A DNA stretch of 64,000 nucleotides from the NCBI GenBank assembly GCA_963666515.2, contig OY762897.2, positions 3,584,001 through 3,648,000 on the forward strand. The letters run 5' to 3'. Source of the DNA: Candidatus Binatia bacterium (lineage in GTDB: Bacteria; Desulfobacterota; Binatia; UBA9968; JAJDTQ01). Each line of letters begins with the position of its first letter. Within the stretch, counting starts at the first letter, position 1. Shown in pieces: positions 7,652 through 16,999 of the stretch. The notes under the pieces are model-generated. The model made no database searches. It was given only the letters and a program-made list of their open reading frames with translations, and was not told the origin of the DNA. Both the position numbers and the translations under genes were made by a program.

Positions 7652-10445
7652 ACTTGGGGTCTCTTCCCAGACGCGCCCAGCGGCGTGCGAACGCTTCACG
7701 CCCGCCTTCCATGACTCGGCACACTTCCTCGCGCACTGACGCGTCCTGAAGCGCGCCACGCTGAATGACGCGACATTGGCCCGTATTGAAATCCAGCGCG
7801 TGGACCATCTCGGCATCCCCATTCACCACGACATTGGGGTTGTGCGTTACAATGATGAGTTGCCTGCGCAGCTTGTTCGCGCGAATTTGGCGTACGATCA
7901 GGTCGTAGATCAGGTGATTGTCCAGATCATCCTCCGGTTGATCGAGCACCAAGGGTTCCTCTCCAAATGCGAGCAGAAACGCCAGCAAAGCCGCCGAGCG
8001 TTGGCCCTGTGAGCCTTCTCGGATCGGCGCCCACTGGTTGTCGCCACGGCTGTATTCGATGCGCAGGTCGTCTTCGGGGAACCAGCAACGGAGGTGATCG
8101 GCAAACTCCGGCCTTTCCAACTGGCGCTTCAGGTAGTTTCGGAAGTGACCGCCGAGCCTTTCGTCAACGTCGATCATCCTTTGCTTCACTTCAGCGAGTT
8201 TCTCCGCGCGATCGGTCGCTTGCGACAATTCTATTACCAGACCGGATTTGGGCTCACCGTTAACCAAATGGAGTAGATCGCCCTCGAAGCGTTCATCCTC
8301 CACGTCCAGCATTGCACGCAGGCTGCGCTCAATCACTTGCGCATCAAAGCCAAACGGGACCACTTCCATTTTCACGAACGCATTGGTCGCCAATGCACCG
8401 TCCACAAACGCCGCTCGTGCCTCTGCTATCGCTTTGCGTGCCCAAAACACTCGTTGCCATTGAGCCTCAATATCGGTTTCCAGCCGCGCCGCCTCCTCCT
8501 GCAACTGTTCGAGTTCCTTACCTTGTGCTTCCAAACGCTGCCGTTCCAGGACGAGATCGCCAAATACGCGTGGGTCGGACACCCCTTGTTCCGCCAATGT
8601 GACTTGAAGTGCGTCATAGGCTGCATGGGCTTGATCCGCGCGTTGGCGCCATTTGTTGAGCCGATCATGTGAAACAAGGGGTTGCGTTGTAGCGAGCAAG
8701 TTTCCACCTGCCTCGGCCAGTGCTTCAAGCGCTTCCGACAATACCTTCTCTACCTCACGGCGCCACTCCAAGGCATCGGCATCCAGTTCGGTATCGAAGA
8801 CATCCTCTGGCCAGTCGTCGAGTAGCAAATCCTGCGCGAATGTCTGGATCCGTTCGGGTATCTCCTTCAACTGCTCTAACGTGGCGTCGATTTCCCGTCG
8901 CTGTCTCGTCGCCTGTTGGTGGGCCTTCAGGACCTCCGCATGGTGTGATTGAGTCAAAGTATCGAGCTTGCGAGACACCTCATCGAGCTTGCGCTGCAAC
9001 TCCTGCCGACCAGCCAAGCGTCCTTCGAGTTCACGGAGTCTAGCTCGTTGGTAGAGGTACGTGTTCTTTGCTTCGTCGAAGATCCGATGCTGCGCGGCAA
9101 CGTGTGCTTCATCATCAATAATATCGAGCAAGGCTTGGCGATTGTCGCCCGCCATTGCTGCAATCTGTCCCTGTGACAGCAGACGAATTGGAAAGCGCTC
9201 GGCATGAATGGCCTGGCTGCCAGAGGGTCGCCACTGGCCATCAGCGTCGCATTCTTCGACAACATCTCCTGTTCCGTCTGGACGCCACCGCAGCCTGTGG
9301 ACGACGCCTTCGCGTAGCAATTCGACCCTGATTTCCGTGTTCTCTCGTAGCGCGCCGCCGCCGTCACGGCCTTTGACTGGTTTCACGAAAGCTTCAAGGT
9401 GACGACGCGGATCCGCGTCTTCGCTCAGTCTCTTGAGTTCAGACTCGCGACGATACGCCAACCGCATCGCACATACGAGGGTGGACTTGCCTGTGCCGCG
9501 GCCGCCGACCACGGCATTGTAAAATGGACTCAGCGCTACGGTCTCGGGGACTCCGTTCCCCATAAAGCGAGCGCTTCGAACCTCCAAACCGGTAATGAAG
9601 TGCGCAGGTGTCTTGAACGGCTCGAACCCACCCTCGTCGCTACGCCGAATCGAAACGCCATTGCCGTCCAACAGCGCTAGCCGGAGCCCTTCAAGTGAAG
9701 GCTCTGCCATCTTCACCCAAGTGTACTGGGAACCAGGACTGAATTTGCCCTGCAAATCATGGCAATCACTGCCGAGGACTTCGGACCACAACAACTTACG
9801 TTCGTGATAGATTTCAGGTTTCGGGTTCCTCGTATCCACCACCTCCATTGCCAGAATACCGGGTTCATCCAGAACTTGACGGACGGAATTGGCGTCAAGT
9901 GCGCCGGAATTCCCCTGTTTCACGCGCAACAACCCCTTTTCGCCATCAGCATGGGCCGGAATCGGGATGCCTCCAGCGTTCAACACGGTTTTGACGACCT
10001 CCGCAGCCCCCTTACGCGTGACGCCGTCGCTTTGACCCTTGGCGCCGTCGTAGTCCACCTGTCCCAGCAAGGTGTCAACTTGGGCCGTGTCGGCACTTGG
10101 ATCGAGGATGACCAAGAGATGAAAACCACCATGCACCGAAATCTCTACCCCCGGGAACAGCGTCAGTTCCCGGAATCCCGCAAGCCCGGATTCAGATATG
10201 GCTTGTTGCTTCATCCCCTCATACGCGTGCTTGAGCTCATCGATCCACGCGCCGGTGTTGTGATCGGTCACGACCACGCAGTCGATTTCTGCGGCCATAT
10301 GACACAATAGCCACGTCTCCGGTGTCAGTACCTGATCGTCACTCGACGCCATGAAATCAAAAGAAGCAGGGGTATGGGTGTGGAAATCGAATCTCCACCA
10401 CCGCGACCCTGGATAAGGCCACCCTGGTGTTATGCCCGCGGTCAT
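7644..10445 (-). CDS. PHP-domain + ABC/SMC-type ATPase fusion (TrlF/Ppl-like)
   Basis: PHP motifs DFHTHT, VTDHN, GVEIS..H, PAHAD, GSDCH; Walker A GGRGTGKST; coiled coils; signature SQGQR; Walker B LVLDQPEDDLD; H-loop VTHN; true start likely ATG 10445. Confidence 0.85.
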   Translation of the reverse strand: MTAGITPGWPYPGSRWWRFDFHTHTPASFDFMASSDDQVLTPETWLLCHMAAEIDCVVVTDHNTGAWIDELKHAYEGMKQQAISESGLAGFRELTLFPGVEISVHGGFHLLVILDPSADTAQVDTLLGQVDYDGAKGQSDGVTRKGAAEVVKTVLNAGGIPIPAHADGEKGLLRVKQGNSGALDANSVRQVLDEPGILAMEVVDTRNPKPEIYHERKLLWSEVLGSDCHDLQGKFSPGSQYTWVKMAEPSLEGLRLALLDGNGVSIRRSDEGGFEPFKTPAHFITGLEVRSARFMGNGVPETVALSPFYNAVVGGRGTGKSTLVCAMRLAYRRESELKRLSEDADPRRHLEAFVKPVKGRDGGGALRENTEIRVELLREGVVHRLRWRPDGTGDVVEECDADGQWRPSGSQAIHAERFPIRLLSQGQIAAMAGDNRQALLDIIDDEAHVAAQHRIFDEAKNTYLYQRARLRELEGRLAGRQELQRKLDEVSRKLDTLTQSHHAEVLKAHQQATRQRREIDATLEQLKEIPERIQTFAQDLLLDDWPEDVFDTELDADALEWRREVEKVLSEALEALAEAGGNLLATTQPLVSHDRLNKWRQRADQAHAAYDALQVTLAEQGVSDPRVFGDLVLERQRLEAQGKELEQLQEEAARLETDIEAQWQRVFWARKAIAEARAAFVDGALATNAFVKMEVVPFGFDAQVIERSLRAMLDVEDERFEGDLLHLVNGEPKSGLVIELSQATDRAEKLAEVKQRMIDVDERLGGHFRNYLKRQLERPEFADHLRCWFPEDDLRIEYSRGDNQWAPIREGSQGQRSAALLAFLLAFGEEPLVLDQPEDDLDNHLIYDLIVRQIRANKLRRQLIIVTHNPNVVVNGDAEMVHALDFNTGQCRVIQRGALQDASVREEVCRVMEGGREAFARRWARLGRDPKYV

Positions 10446-10468
10446 CGACCCGTGTCCTCCACCTGCCC

Positions 10469-11332
10469 CTAGTCGATGAACTTCGCCAGGGTCTCGCCCC
10501 AGATGGCCTTGGTCACGTCGAGACTGATGTTGCCGGCGGCGATGTCCTGGATGCGGGCCTCGTCGATGGGGAAGCTGAACTGCTCGTTGCGCATGCGCAG
10601 GCGCTGGACGCCGCGCTCCACCATCAGCCCCCGGGCGCCGTCCACCGCCTCCTGCCGGGTGAAGGCGTCGGCGATCTGGTAGATGTTGGCCGGGCCGTGG
10701 CCGCGCTCGTCGTCGAGCACCACGGTGAAGGCCTCGGACAGGCGGTCGTTCAGCTCGCTGCCGCTCAACCGGGAGGCGGCGTAGAACAGGCCGCAGCTTC
10801 CGCCTTCGAGCAACCCCTGGGAGTTGATGAGACGCGCCCAGGGCTCCTGTCGAGCCTCCTGCTCCTTGAACACCTCCGCCAGCCGCACCCATTCCTTCAT
10901 GTCGGGCAGCGACGGATCGGGGGTCCAGCGGTTGTAGCGCCGCACCACTTCCTTGATGTCCACCGGCTCGCCGGTGAGCCATTCGATGATGTCCACGCAC
11001 CGGTTGCCGTGGTTCAACTCCTGCTTGGTGCGCCAGAGGTTCTCCTCCAGCCAGTTCCGGTCCACGTCGCCGCCCCACCGGTCAACCCAGTACCGGTCCG
11101 ACGCCGTCAGGTCGCCGCCGACCTTTTCGACGATCTCCTTCAGGCCGGTGAAGGTGCTCTCGATCTCCCGGCCGGCCTGCTTGGTGAGCCAGAGGACCTC
11201 CTTGTCGCGGTCCCGCCGGTCCCAGTTGAAGTAGGTGTCGGCGATCTCCGCCTCACCGGCGGCGAAGACCGCGGCCACCCGCGCCAGCTCCCGCGTCGCC
11301 CGTTCCGTAAAGCCGTTGTCCGCTTCGCTCAT
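10469..11332 (-). CDS. Ferritin-like di-iron carboxylate protein, function unknown
   Basis: Helical protein with an E...ExxH...E...ExxH pattern (REIES, QELNH, LLEGG, DERGH); TGATG overlap with the upstream Mo-subunit gene. Confidence 0.6.
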   Translation of the reverse strand: MSEADNGFTERATRELARVAAVFAAGEAEIADTYFNWDRRDRDKEVLWLTKQAGREIESTFTGLKEIVEKVGGDLTASDRYWVDRWGGDVDRNWLEENLWRTKQELNHGNRCVDIIEWLTGEPVDIKEVVRRYNRWTPDPSLPDMKEWVRLAEVFKEQEARQEPWARLINSQGLLEGGSCGLFYAASRLSGSELNDRLSEAFTVVLDDERGHGPANIYQIADAFTRQEAVDGARGLMVERGVQRLRMRNEQFSFPIDEARIQDIAAGNISLDVTKAIWGETLAKFID

Positions 11333-13740
11333 CAATGGTCTCCTGTTCCCCGGTTGGTTCCTTCGTGTATCGCCCGCCAGATGTTCTCCGGCTTGAGCGG
11401 AAGGCTCATGATCTTCACCCCCAGCGGCGCCAACGCGTCCTCGATGGCGCTGGCCAGCACCACCGGCGGGCCGATGGCGCCGATCTCGCCCACCCCCTTG
11501 AAGCCGCCGGGAGTGAAGGGCATCGGCGTCACCATGTGGTGGATCTCCAGTTCCGGCATCTCCGCCATGGACGGGATCAGGTAGTCGGCGAAGGTGCCGG
11601 ACAGGAGCTGTCCCTGCTCGTCATACACCAGCTCTTCGAGAAACGCGCCCCCGACGCCGTGGGAGATGGCGCCGGTGATCTGGGTATCGACGATCATCGG
11701 GTTCACCATGTTGCCGGAATCGTCCACGGTGAGGTAGCGGAGGATCGTGGTCTCGCCGGTGCCGGGGTCCACTTCTACGTAGGCCACGTGCGCGGCGTAG
11801 GGGAACGTCGAGAAGTTGGACGTCCGGCCCTTGGCGTCGGGCTCGAAGCTGGTGTTGGGGTTGATGAAGTAGTGGGTGTCGTGAAGGCCCGGGTCCATGC
11901 CCGGCGGCAACTGGTTGATGGAGTAGTAGGCGAGGTTGGCCACTTCCTTGACCGTGAGCGCGACGCCGGGCTTCTCCGTGCTCAACACCATGCCGCCGGC
12001 GCATTCGAGGGCGGCGGGATGGGTCCGCAGCACGTGCGCGGCGATGGCCAGCATCTTCCTCTTGACGGCCTCGCACGCCTTCATGGCGGCCGAGGTCGTC
12101 ACCGTGGAGAAGCGGCTGGCATAGGAGCCGCTGGACGACGACACCAGGGCGCTGTCCCCCTCGAACACCTGCACGTCCTCGAAGCGCACGCCCAGCCCGT
12201 CCGCCACCACCTGGGAGAGGGTGGTCTTGTGGCTCATGCTCATGTTCACGTCGCCGGAGAACACCCAGGCTTTGCCCACCGGGTCCAACCGCACCGTCAC
12301 GGTCTCGTAGCCGGCGTTGTAGGCGTTGGGCCGGAGCGAGCTGAGGGGCTCCAGCATGAACGCCAGGCCGACGCCCCGGTAGCGCCCTTCCCGGCGGCGG
12401 CGGTCCCGGTCCGCCAGCAGGCCGGCGTAGTCCGACTCCAGCAGCGCCTTCCGCAGGCATTCGGGGTAGTCGCCGCTGTCGTAGGTGGAACCGGTGACGC
12501 ACGTGTAGGGGAACTCGTGGGGCTGGATCAGGTTGCGGCGCCGGATCTCGTCCTTGCCCAGGTCCAGCTCCAGGGCCGCCCGGTCCATCACCCGCTCCAT
12601 GATGAAGTTGGACTCGGCCTTGCCGTTGGCCCTGTGGGGGCCGGCCGCGGTCTTGTTGGTGACCACGCCGAACGAGGTGGTGGCGTAGTGGTCGACGCGG
12701 TACGGGCCGGGAATGAAGTTGGCGGTGACGAAGGCCAGGGAGGTGCCGCCGCTGGGGTAGGCGGCGCCCAGGTCCACGATCACTTTGGTCTTGAGCGCGG
12801 TGACGCGGCCGGCGCGATCGAAGCCCGCCTCCACGTAGTCCACCTGCGCCCGGGAGTGGTGCGAGGCCACCATGTGCTCGCTGCGGCTCTCCCGCCAGCC
12901 CACCGGCCGGTTGAGCCGAAGCGACAGCAGCGGCATCAGCACCTCTTCGGGGTAGAACGCCCACTTGATGCCGAAGCCGCCGCCCATGTCGGGGGAGATC
13001 ACCCGGATCTTGAGGTCCGTGCGGCCGAGCGTTTCCAGCACCAGGTTGGGCAGGGCGTGCGGCACCTGGGTGGAGGACCACAGCGTCAGCAGGTTGTTCC
13101 GTTGGTCGACGCCGGCGATCACCCCCCGGGTCTCCATCGGCGTCCCGGTGTAGCGGTGCTGCACGATGCGTTCCCGGATCACCACCGCGGACGCGTCCAG
13201 CAGCTCGTCCACCGGCCCCTCGCTGAAGCGGAACTCGTACTGGACGTTGTCCGGCCACTCCTCGTAGAGACGGGTGGACCCATGCTCCAGCGCGGCCTCC
13301 ACGTCCACCACCGGCGGCAGGGCTTCGTACTCCACCTGCACCGCCTCGGCGGCGTCCGCGGCCGCGTAGCGGTCCTCGGACACCACCACCGCCACGGCCT
13401 CGCCCACGTGGCGCACCCGGTCCACCGCCAGGCAGTAGTGGTCGGCGAACCGCACCCGCGGGTAGTCGCTGGTGTAGGGCTTGGTCCTGGTGAAGGGAAA
13501 CGGCGCCATGGGCCGGGACAGCCGCCGCACGTCCTCGCCGCTCATGGCCGCCACCACGCCCGGCTGCGCCAGCGCTTCCGACAGGTCCACCCGGGTCACC
13601 CGGGCGTGGGCGTAGGGGCTGCGGACGATGGCGGCATGGAGCAGCCCGGGCACCTCGACGTCGGCGATGTAGGTGTTCTTCCCCTGGATGGAGTCGAACG
13701 ACTCCTTGCGCTTGATGCTCTTGCCGACGTAGGTCGCCAT
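11332..13740 (-). CDS. Xanthine dehydrogenase-family molybdopterin-binding large subunit (CoxL-like, not a CO dehydrogenase)
   Basis: RSPYAHAR, STQVPH, MGGGFGIK, YDSGDY, SGSYASR, KGVGEIG; start ATG 13740. Confidence 0.92.
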   Translation of the reverse strand: MATYVGKSIKRKESFDSIQGKNTYIADVEVPGLLHAAIVRSPYAHARVTRVDLSEALAQPGVVAAMSGEDVRRLSRPMAPFPFTRTKPYTSDYPRVRFADHYCLAVDRVRHVGEAVAVVVSEDRYAAADAAEAVQVEYEALPPVVDVEAALEHGSTRLYEEWPDNVQYEFRFSEGPVDELLDASAVVIRERIVQHRYTGTPMETRGVIAGVDQRNNLLTLWSSTQVPHALPNLVLETLGRTDLKIRVISPDMGGGFGIKWAFYPEEVLMPLLSLRLNRPVGWRESRSEHMVASHHSRAQVDYVEAGFDRAGRVTALKTKVIVDLGAAYPSGGTSLAFVTANFIPGPYRVDHYATTSFGVVTNKTAAGPHRANGKAESNFIMERVMDRAALELDLGKDEIRRRNLIQPHEFPYTCVTGSTYDSGDYPECLRKALLESDYAGLLADRDRRRREGRYRGVGLAFMLEPLSSLRPNAYNAGYETVTVRLDPVGKAWVFSGDVNMSMSHKTTLSQVVADGLGVRFEDVQVFEGDSALVSSSSGSYASRFSTVTTSAAMKACEAVKRKMLAIAAHVLRTHPAALECAGGMVLSTEKPGVALTVKEVANLAYYSINQLPPGMDPGLHDTHYFINPNTSFEPDAKGRTSNFSTFPYAAHVAYVEVDPGTGETTILRYLTVDDSGNMVNPMIVDTQITGAISHGVGGAFLEELVYDEQGQLLSGTFADYLIPSMAEMPELEIHHMVTPMPFTPGGFKGVGEIGAIGPPVVLASAIEDALAPLGVKIMSLPLKPENIWRAIHEGTNRGTGDH

Positions 13741-13759
13741 GGTCGTCGAACCCACCCCT

Positions 13760-13807
13760 CCGCTCACCCTGAGCGTAGCGGAGCGCCAGCGGAGCGAAGT
13801 CGAAGGG
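13760..13807. repeat. REP-like repeat copy overlapping the 3' end of the 2Fe-2S subunit gene
   Basis: CCGCTCACCCTGAGCGTAGCGGAGCGCCAGCGGAGCGAAGTCGAAGGG; 45/48 identical to 35989-36036. Confidence 0.85.
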
Positions 13808-14261
13808 CGGCCTGTTTCACCGCCTTGATGATGTTCAGGTAGCCGGTACAGCGGCACAGGTTGCCGGAGTAAGCCCGGCGAATCTCTTCGTCAGTGGGAT
13901 GGGGGTTGTATTCAAGAAATGCCACCGTGGTCATCAGCATGCCCGGTGTGCAGAAGCCGCACTCCAGCGCGTCACACTCCCAGAACGCTTCCTGGATCGG
14001 ATGCAGGGAACCGTCCCGGGCCAGCCCTTCCACCGTGCAGACCTCCGCCCCATCAGCCCGAGGCGCCAGCACCTGGCACGATTTCACGGTCAGACCGTTC
14101 ATGACCACCGTGCAGGCGCCGCAGTTGCCGGTATCGCAGCCGATGTGGGTGCCCGTGAGGCCGGCCTTGTCACGGATGAGGTCCACCAGCAGCAGACGCG
14201 GCTCCACCTCGAACGCGTAGTCCGTCCCGTTGATGGTGGTCTTGACAGTGATCCGTTGCAT
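13764..14261 (-). CDS. 2x[2Fe-2S] small subunit of a Mo-hydroxylase (CoxS-like)
   Basis: [31 protein letters not shown]. Confidence 0.95.
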   Translation of the reverse strand: MQRITVKTTINGTDYAFEVEPRLLLVDLIRDKAGLTGTHIGCDTGNCGACTVVMNGLTVKSCQVLAPRADGAEVCTVEGLARDGSLHPIQEAFWECDALECGFCTPGMLMTTVAFLEYNPHPTDEEIRRAYSGNLCRCTGYLNIIKAVKQAALRLRSAGAPLRSG

Positions 14262-14270
14262 GGCTGTTCT

Positions 14271-15146
14271 TTAGTGCAGGAACCGCGCGCGGGCCATTTC
14301 CTGAGCCCGCGCCAACGCCCGCGTGACCACCACGGGAGTCATCGCCTTCCGGTACTCTGCCGACGCGTGGAGGTCGCTCACCGGATCCGCGTCCTTCCCG
14401 GCCAGCGCAGCCGCTTCCGCCAAGTCGGCGTCCGTGAGCCTCGTGCCCTGGAGCGACCGCCCAGCGGCTTCACACACGAAGGCTGCGGGGCCCACGGCGC
14501 ACAAGGCGATGCGAGCTTCCTGGCAGGCGCCGTCCGAGGCCAAGCTAACCAGCGCAGCCGCCCCCACCACCGCGTAGTCCCCGGCGCGACGCGTGAGCTT
14601 GACGTAAGCGTGGCCGCAGACGCCGGTAGCGTCCGGCACGTCCACGGAGGTCACCATCTCGTCGTCGGCCAAAGCGGTCTCGAACGGACCGTAAAAGAAC
14701 TCATGGGCGGCGATGGCGCGGTTTGCGCCGGCTGATTGCGCCGTGAGAGTCGCCCCGAGCGCCAGCACCGCGGGAGCCAAGTCGCCCGACGGGTCCGCCT
14801 GGCTCAAGGCGCCGCCAAGGGTGCCCAAGTTCCGTATATGGATGTCGCCGATGCTGGCAGCCGCCTCGGCAAGCAGCGCCTTGCGCTCTCCCGGCAAGCG
14901 TTCCAAGGTCCGCTCCGTGACCAGCGCGCCCAGCCGCAGCCCATCGGGCTGGTTTCGGACCTCCTTCAGGTCCTCGAGCCCGCCGATGTCGATGATGACC
15001 GCCGGGCGCACCAGCCTCAGCTTGAGCATCGGCAGGAGGGACTGCCCTCCGGCCATGAGGCGCGCCTCATCGCCGTATTGGCGGAGCAAATCGAGCGCTT
15101 CAGCAAGCGAATCCGGCGCCCGGTACTCGAAGGGCGGAGGGATCAT
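14271..15146 (-). CDS. FAD-binding medium subunit of a Mo-hydroxylase (CoxM-like)
   Basis: FEYRAPDSL, MAGGQSLLPMLKLR, IRNLGTLGG..ADPSGD, SDLHASAEYR. Confidence 0.95.
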   Translation of the reverse strand: MIPPPFEYRAPDSLAEALDLLRQYGDEARLMAGGQSLLPMLKLRLVRPAVIIDIGGLEDLKEVRNQPDGLRLGALVTERTLERLPGERKALLAEAAASIGDIHIRNLGTLGGALSQADPSGDLAPAVLALGATLTAQSAGANRAIAAHEFFYGPFETALADDEMVTSVDVPDATGVCGHAYVKLTRRAGDYAVVGAAALVSLASDGACQEARIALCAVGPAAFVCEAAGRSLQGTRLTDADLAEAAALAGKDADPVSDLHASAEYRKAMTPVVVTRALARAQEMARARFLH

Positions 15147-15161
15147 TCGAACGGAGACACG

Positions 15162-16160
15162 TTACCCGCGCGAGCGCGCCAGCTTCCACTCCTCGCCGCG
15201 GACGGACTCGTGGAACAGTTCGTCTACGTCGGCTTCGTTCCTGCACATGCCCTGCTCGCGGGAGTAGCGCGCCAGCGTGCCGAAGTTGTTGCGGTTGGTG
15301 TCGTTGAGTCCGTAGACCCACGGGTCCTCGCCCAACTGCTCCAACTGTTCCTCCCAGGCGTCCCGGAAGAACGCCAGCGGCACGATCCGGGGGTTGTTCA
15401 TGCGGTTGTAGGTCCACTGCTTGGCCTTCTCGAACGCCACCATCAGGTTCATGGGCACCCAGGGGTGCTTTTCCACGATCTCCCGCTTGATGACGGTGGT
15501 GTGCATGATGGGGAAGATGCCGGTGCGCTGGAAGTAGTCCATCTCCACCTGCTTGGGATCGTCGAAGAGGCGCTTGACCCGGGTGTCGCCTTCCAGGATG
15601 GGCGCGAGGATGTCGGGGTGGATGACCGCGTCCAACTCGCCTTCGGCGAGCATCTCCTCGACCCGCTTGCCCTTGGGCAGGCGCTCCATACGGAGGCCTT
15701 CCGGCGGATCGAACGGCACGTCCTCCTCCCTTTCGGCGCGCCATTCCAGGTCCGTGAACGAGACGCCGTACTCGTCCTGCAGGGTGCCGCGGATCCACAG
15801 GAGCGCGGTGGCCTGCCAGTTCTTGAGCCCCACGGTCTTGCCGATGAGGTCCTTGGGCTCCTGGATGCCCTTGTCCGCGTTGACGAAGATGAAGCCGTGG
15901 CGGAACCGGCGGTGCAGGAACACCGGGATGGCGGTCAGGTCGTCCGCCTCGCCGCGGTCCTTGGCCAACAGGTAGGACGAGCCCGAATGTTCGCCCACGT
16001 CGAACTCGCGGAAGCGGGCGATGCGCCAGTGGCGGGTGGACGAGTCCATGTCCGTGAGCACGGTCAGCTCGATACCGTCCGGCTGGATCACGCCTTCCTT
16101 GAGGGCGCGGATGCTCTCGTAGTCGCCGCACGCCAGTGTCAGATGAAGTTTCTCGGCCAT
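15162..16160 (-). CDS. 4,5-dihydroxyphthalate decarboxylase-like / PBP2-fold substrate-binding family protein
   Basis: LTLACGDYE, IPVFLHRRFRH, YFQRTGIFPIMHTTVIK, DPWVYGL..NR; no signal peptide. Confidence 0.8.
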   Translation of the reverse strand: MAEKLHLTLACGDYESIRALKEGVIQPDGIELTVLTDMDSSTRHWRIARFREFDVGEHSGSSYLLAKDRGEADDLTAIPVFLHRRFRHGFIFVNADKGIQEPKDLIGKTVGLKNWQATALLWIRGTLQDEYGVSFTDLEWRAEREEDVPFDPPEGLRMERLPKGKRVEEMLAEGELDAVIHPDILAPILEGDTRVKRLFDDPKQVEMDYFQRTGIFPIMHTTVIKREIVEKHPWVPMNLMVAFEKAKQWTYNRMNNPRIVPLAFFRDAWEEQLEQLGEDPWVYGLNDTNRNNFGTLARYSREQGMCRNEADVDELFHESVRGEEWKLARSRG

Positions 16161-16195
16161 TTCGTTACCTCCAGTACTTGGTCATGCGAGTCTGC

Positions 16196-16255
16196 GTCCT
16201 TCGACTTCGCTCGCCCTTCGACAAGCTCAGGACTCGCTACGCTCAGGGCGAACGG
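16196..16255. repeat. Nested REP-like element
   Basis: Outer CCTTCGACTTCGCT...CGCTACGCTCAGGGCGAACGG interrupted by inner CCCTTCGACAAGCTCAGGAC. Confidence 0.8.
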
Positions 16256-16279
16256 AGATTGGGTCTCAACAGCGGCTCC

Positions 16280-16981
16280 TCAGTCGATGGAGAGCCGCTT
16301 CGCCCGCCGCACGAAGTAGTCCCACATGCTGCCCAGGCGGTGCGGCGTGTAGATCTGGTCATACTTCTCGCGCGCCTCGTCGTCGCTGCTCCAGGTGGGA
16401 TCTCCGGCAGCGGCGGCCAGGAGCTGGATGCGGCACGCCTTCTCCAGGAAGATCGCGTACAGGGTGGCGGTCTCCACCGACTCGGCCACCACGGTGGAGC
16501 CGTGGTTCTTCATCAGGACGGCCCGGGCCTGGCCCAGCGTCTGGGCCACCTTCACCCCCAGCTCGGGAGTCCGGACCAGCACCGTGGTGTAGTCGAAGAG
16601 CGGCAACCCGTCGTGGAAGATGGAGCCTTCGTGGCTCACCGGGCGCAGGGGCTGCCTCAGGGAGCCGAAGGCCGTGGCATGGGGCGGATGGCTGTGGATG
16701 ACGCAGTTCACGTCCGGGCGCGCCTTGTAGATCTCGGTGTGGATGAACACCTCGGAGTGGCGCTCGTAGTCGCCCTCGATCTTGTTGCCGTCCAGGTCCA
16801 CCTTGATGATGTGGTATGGGCGGATCTCCTCGAAGCCGTAGCTGTGGGGCTTCATCAGGATGGCGTTCTCGCCCGGTATTCGGGCCGATACGTGGCCCAG
16901 GATGTTGTCCCAGTGCCCGTCGATGGCCAGGATGTTGCACGAGATGGCCACCTTGTCTCGCAACGCTACCAAGTCGTCCAT
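16280..16981 (-). CDS. Class II aldolase/adducin family protein
   Basis: GHVSARIP, SEVFIHTEIYKARPDVNCVIHSHPP, LMKNHG metal-binding histidines. Confidence 0.92.
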   Translation of the reverse strand: MDDLVALRDKVAISCNILAIDGHWDNILGHVSARIPGENAILMKPHSYGFEEIRPYHIIKVDLDGNKIEGDYERHSEVFIHTEIYKARPDVNCVIHSHPPHATAFGSLRQPLRPVSHEGSIFHDGLPLFDYTTVLVRTPELGVKVAQTLGQARAVLMKNHGSTVVAESVETATLYAIFLEKACRIQLLAAAAGDPTWSSDDEAREKYDQIYTPHRLGSMWDYFVRRAKRLSID

Positions 16982-16999
16982 GAAACCCCCTTGAACGGC

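Noticed and set aside
10446-11078. N-terminal 211 aa of the 1144-aa ORF in the track
   Set aside because: Alternative-frame overlap with the di-iron gene; recognisable PHP sequence begins only at ATG 10445
11335-13842. Long antisense ORFs (e.g. 11335-13842, 38291-40273, 50378-52741, 61292-62935)
   Set aside because: Shadow ORFs expected opposite high-GC3 genes; no motifs and biased composition
11332-15146. Aerobic CO dehydrogenase or 4-hydroxybenzoyl-CoA reductase call
   Set aside because: Lacks the AYxCSFR motif and cox accessory genes; the medium subunit lacks the HcrB Fe-S insert
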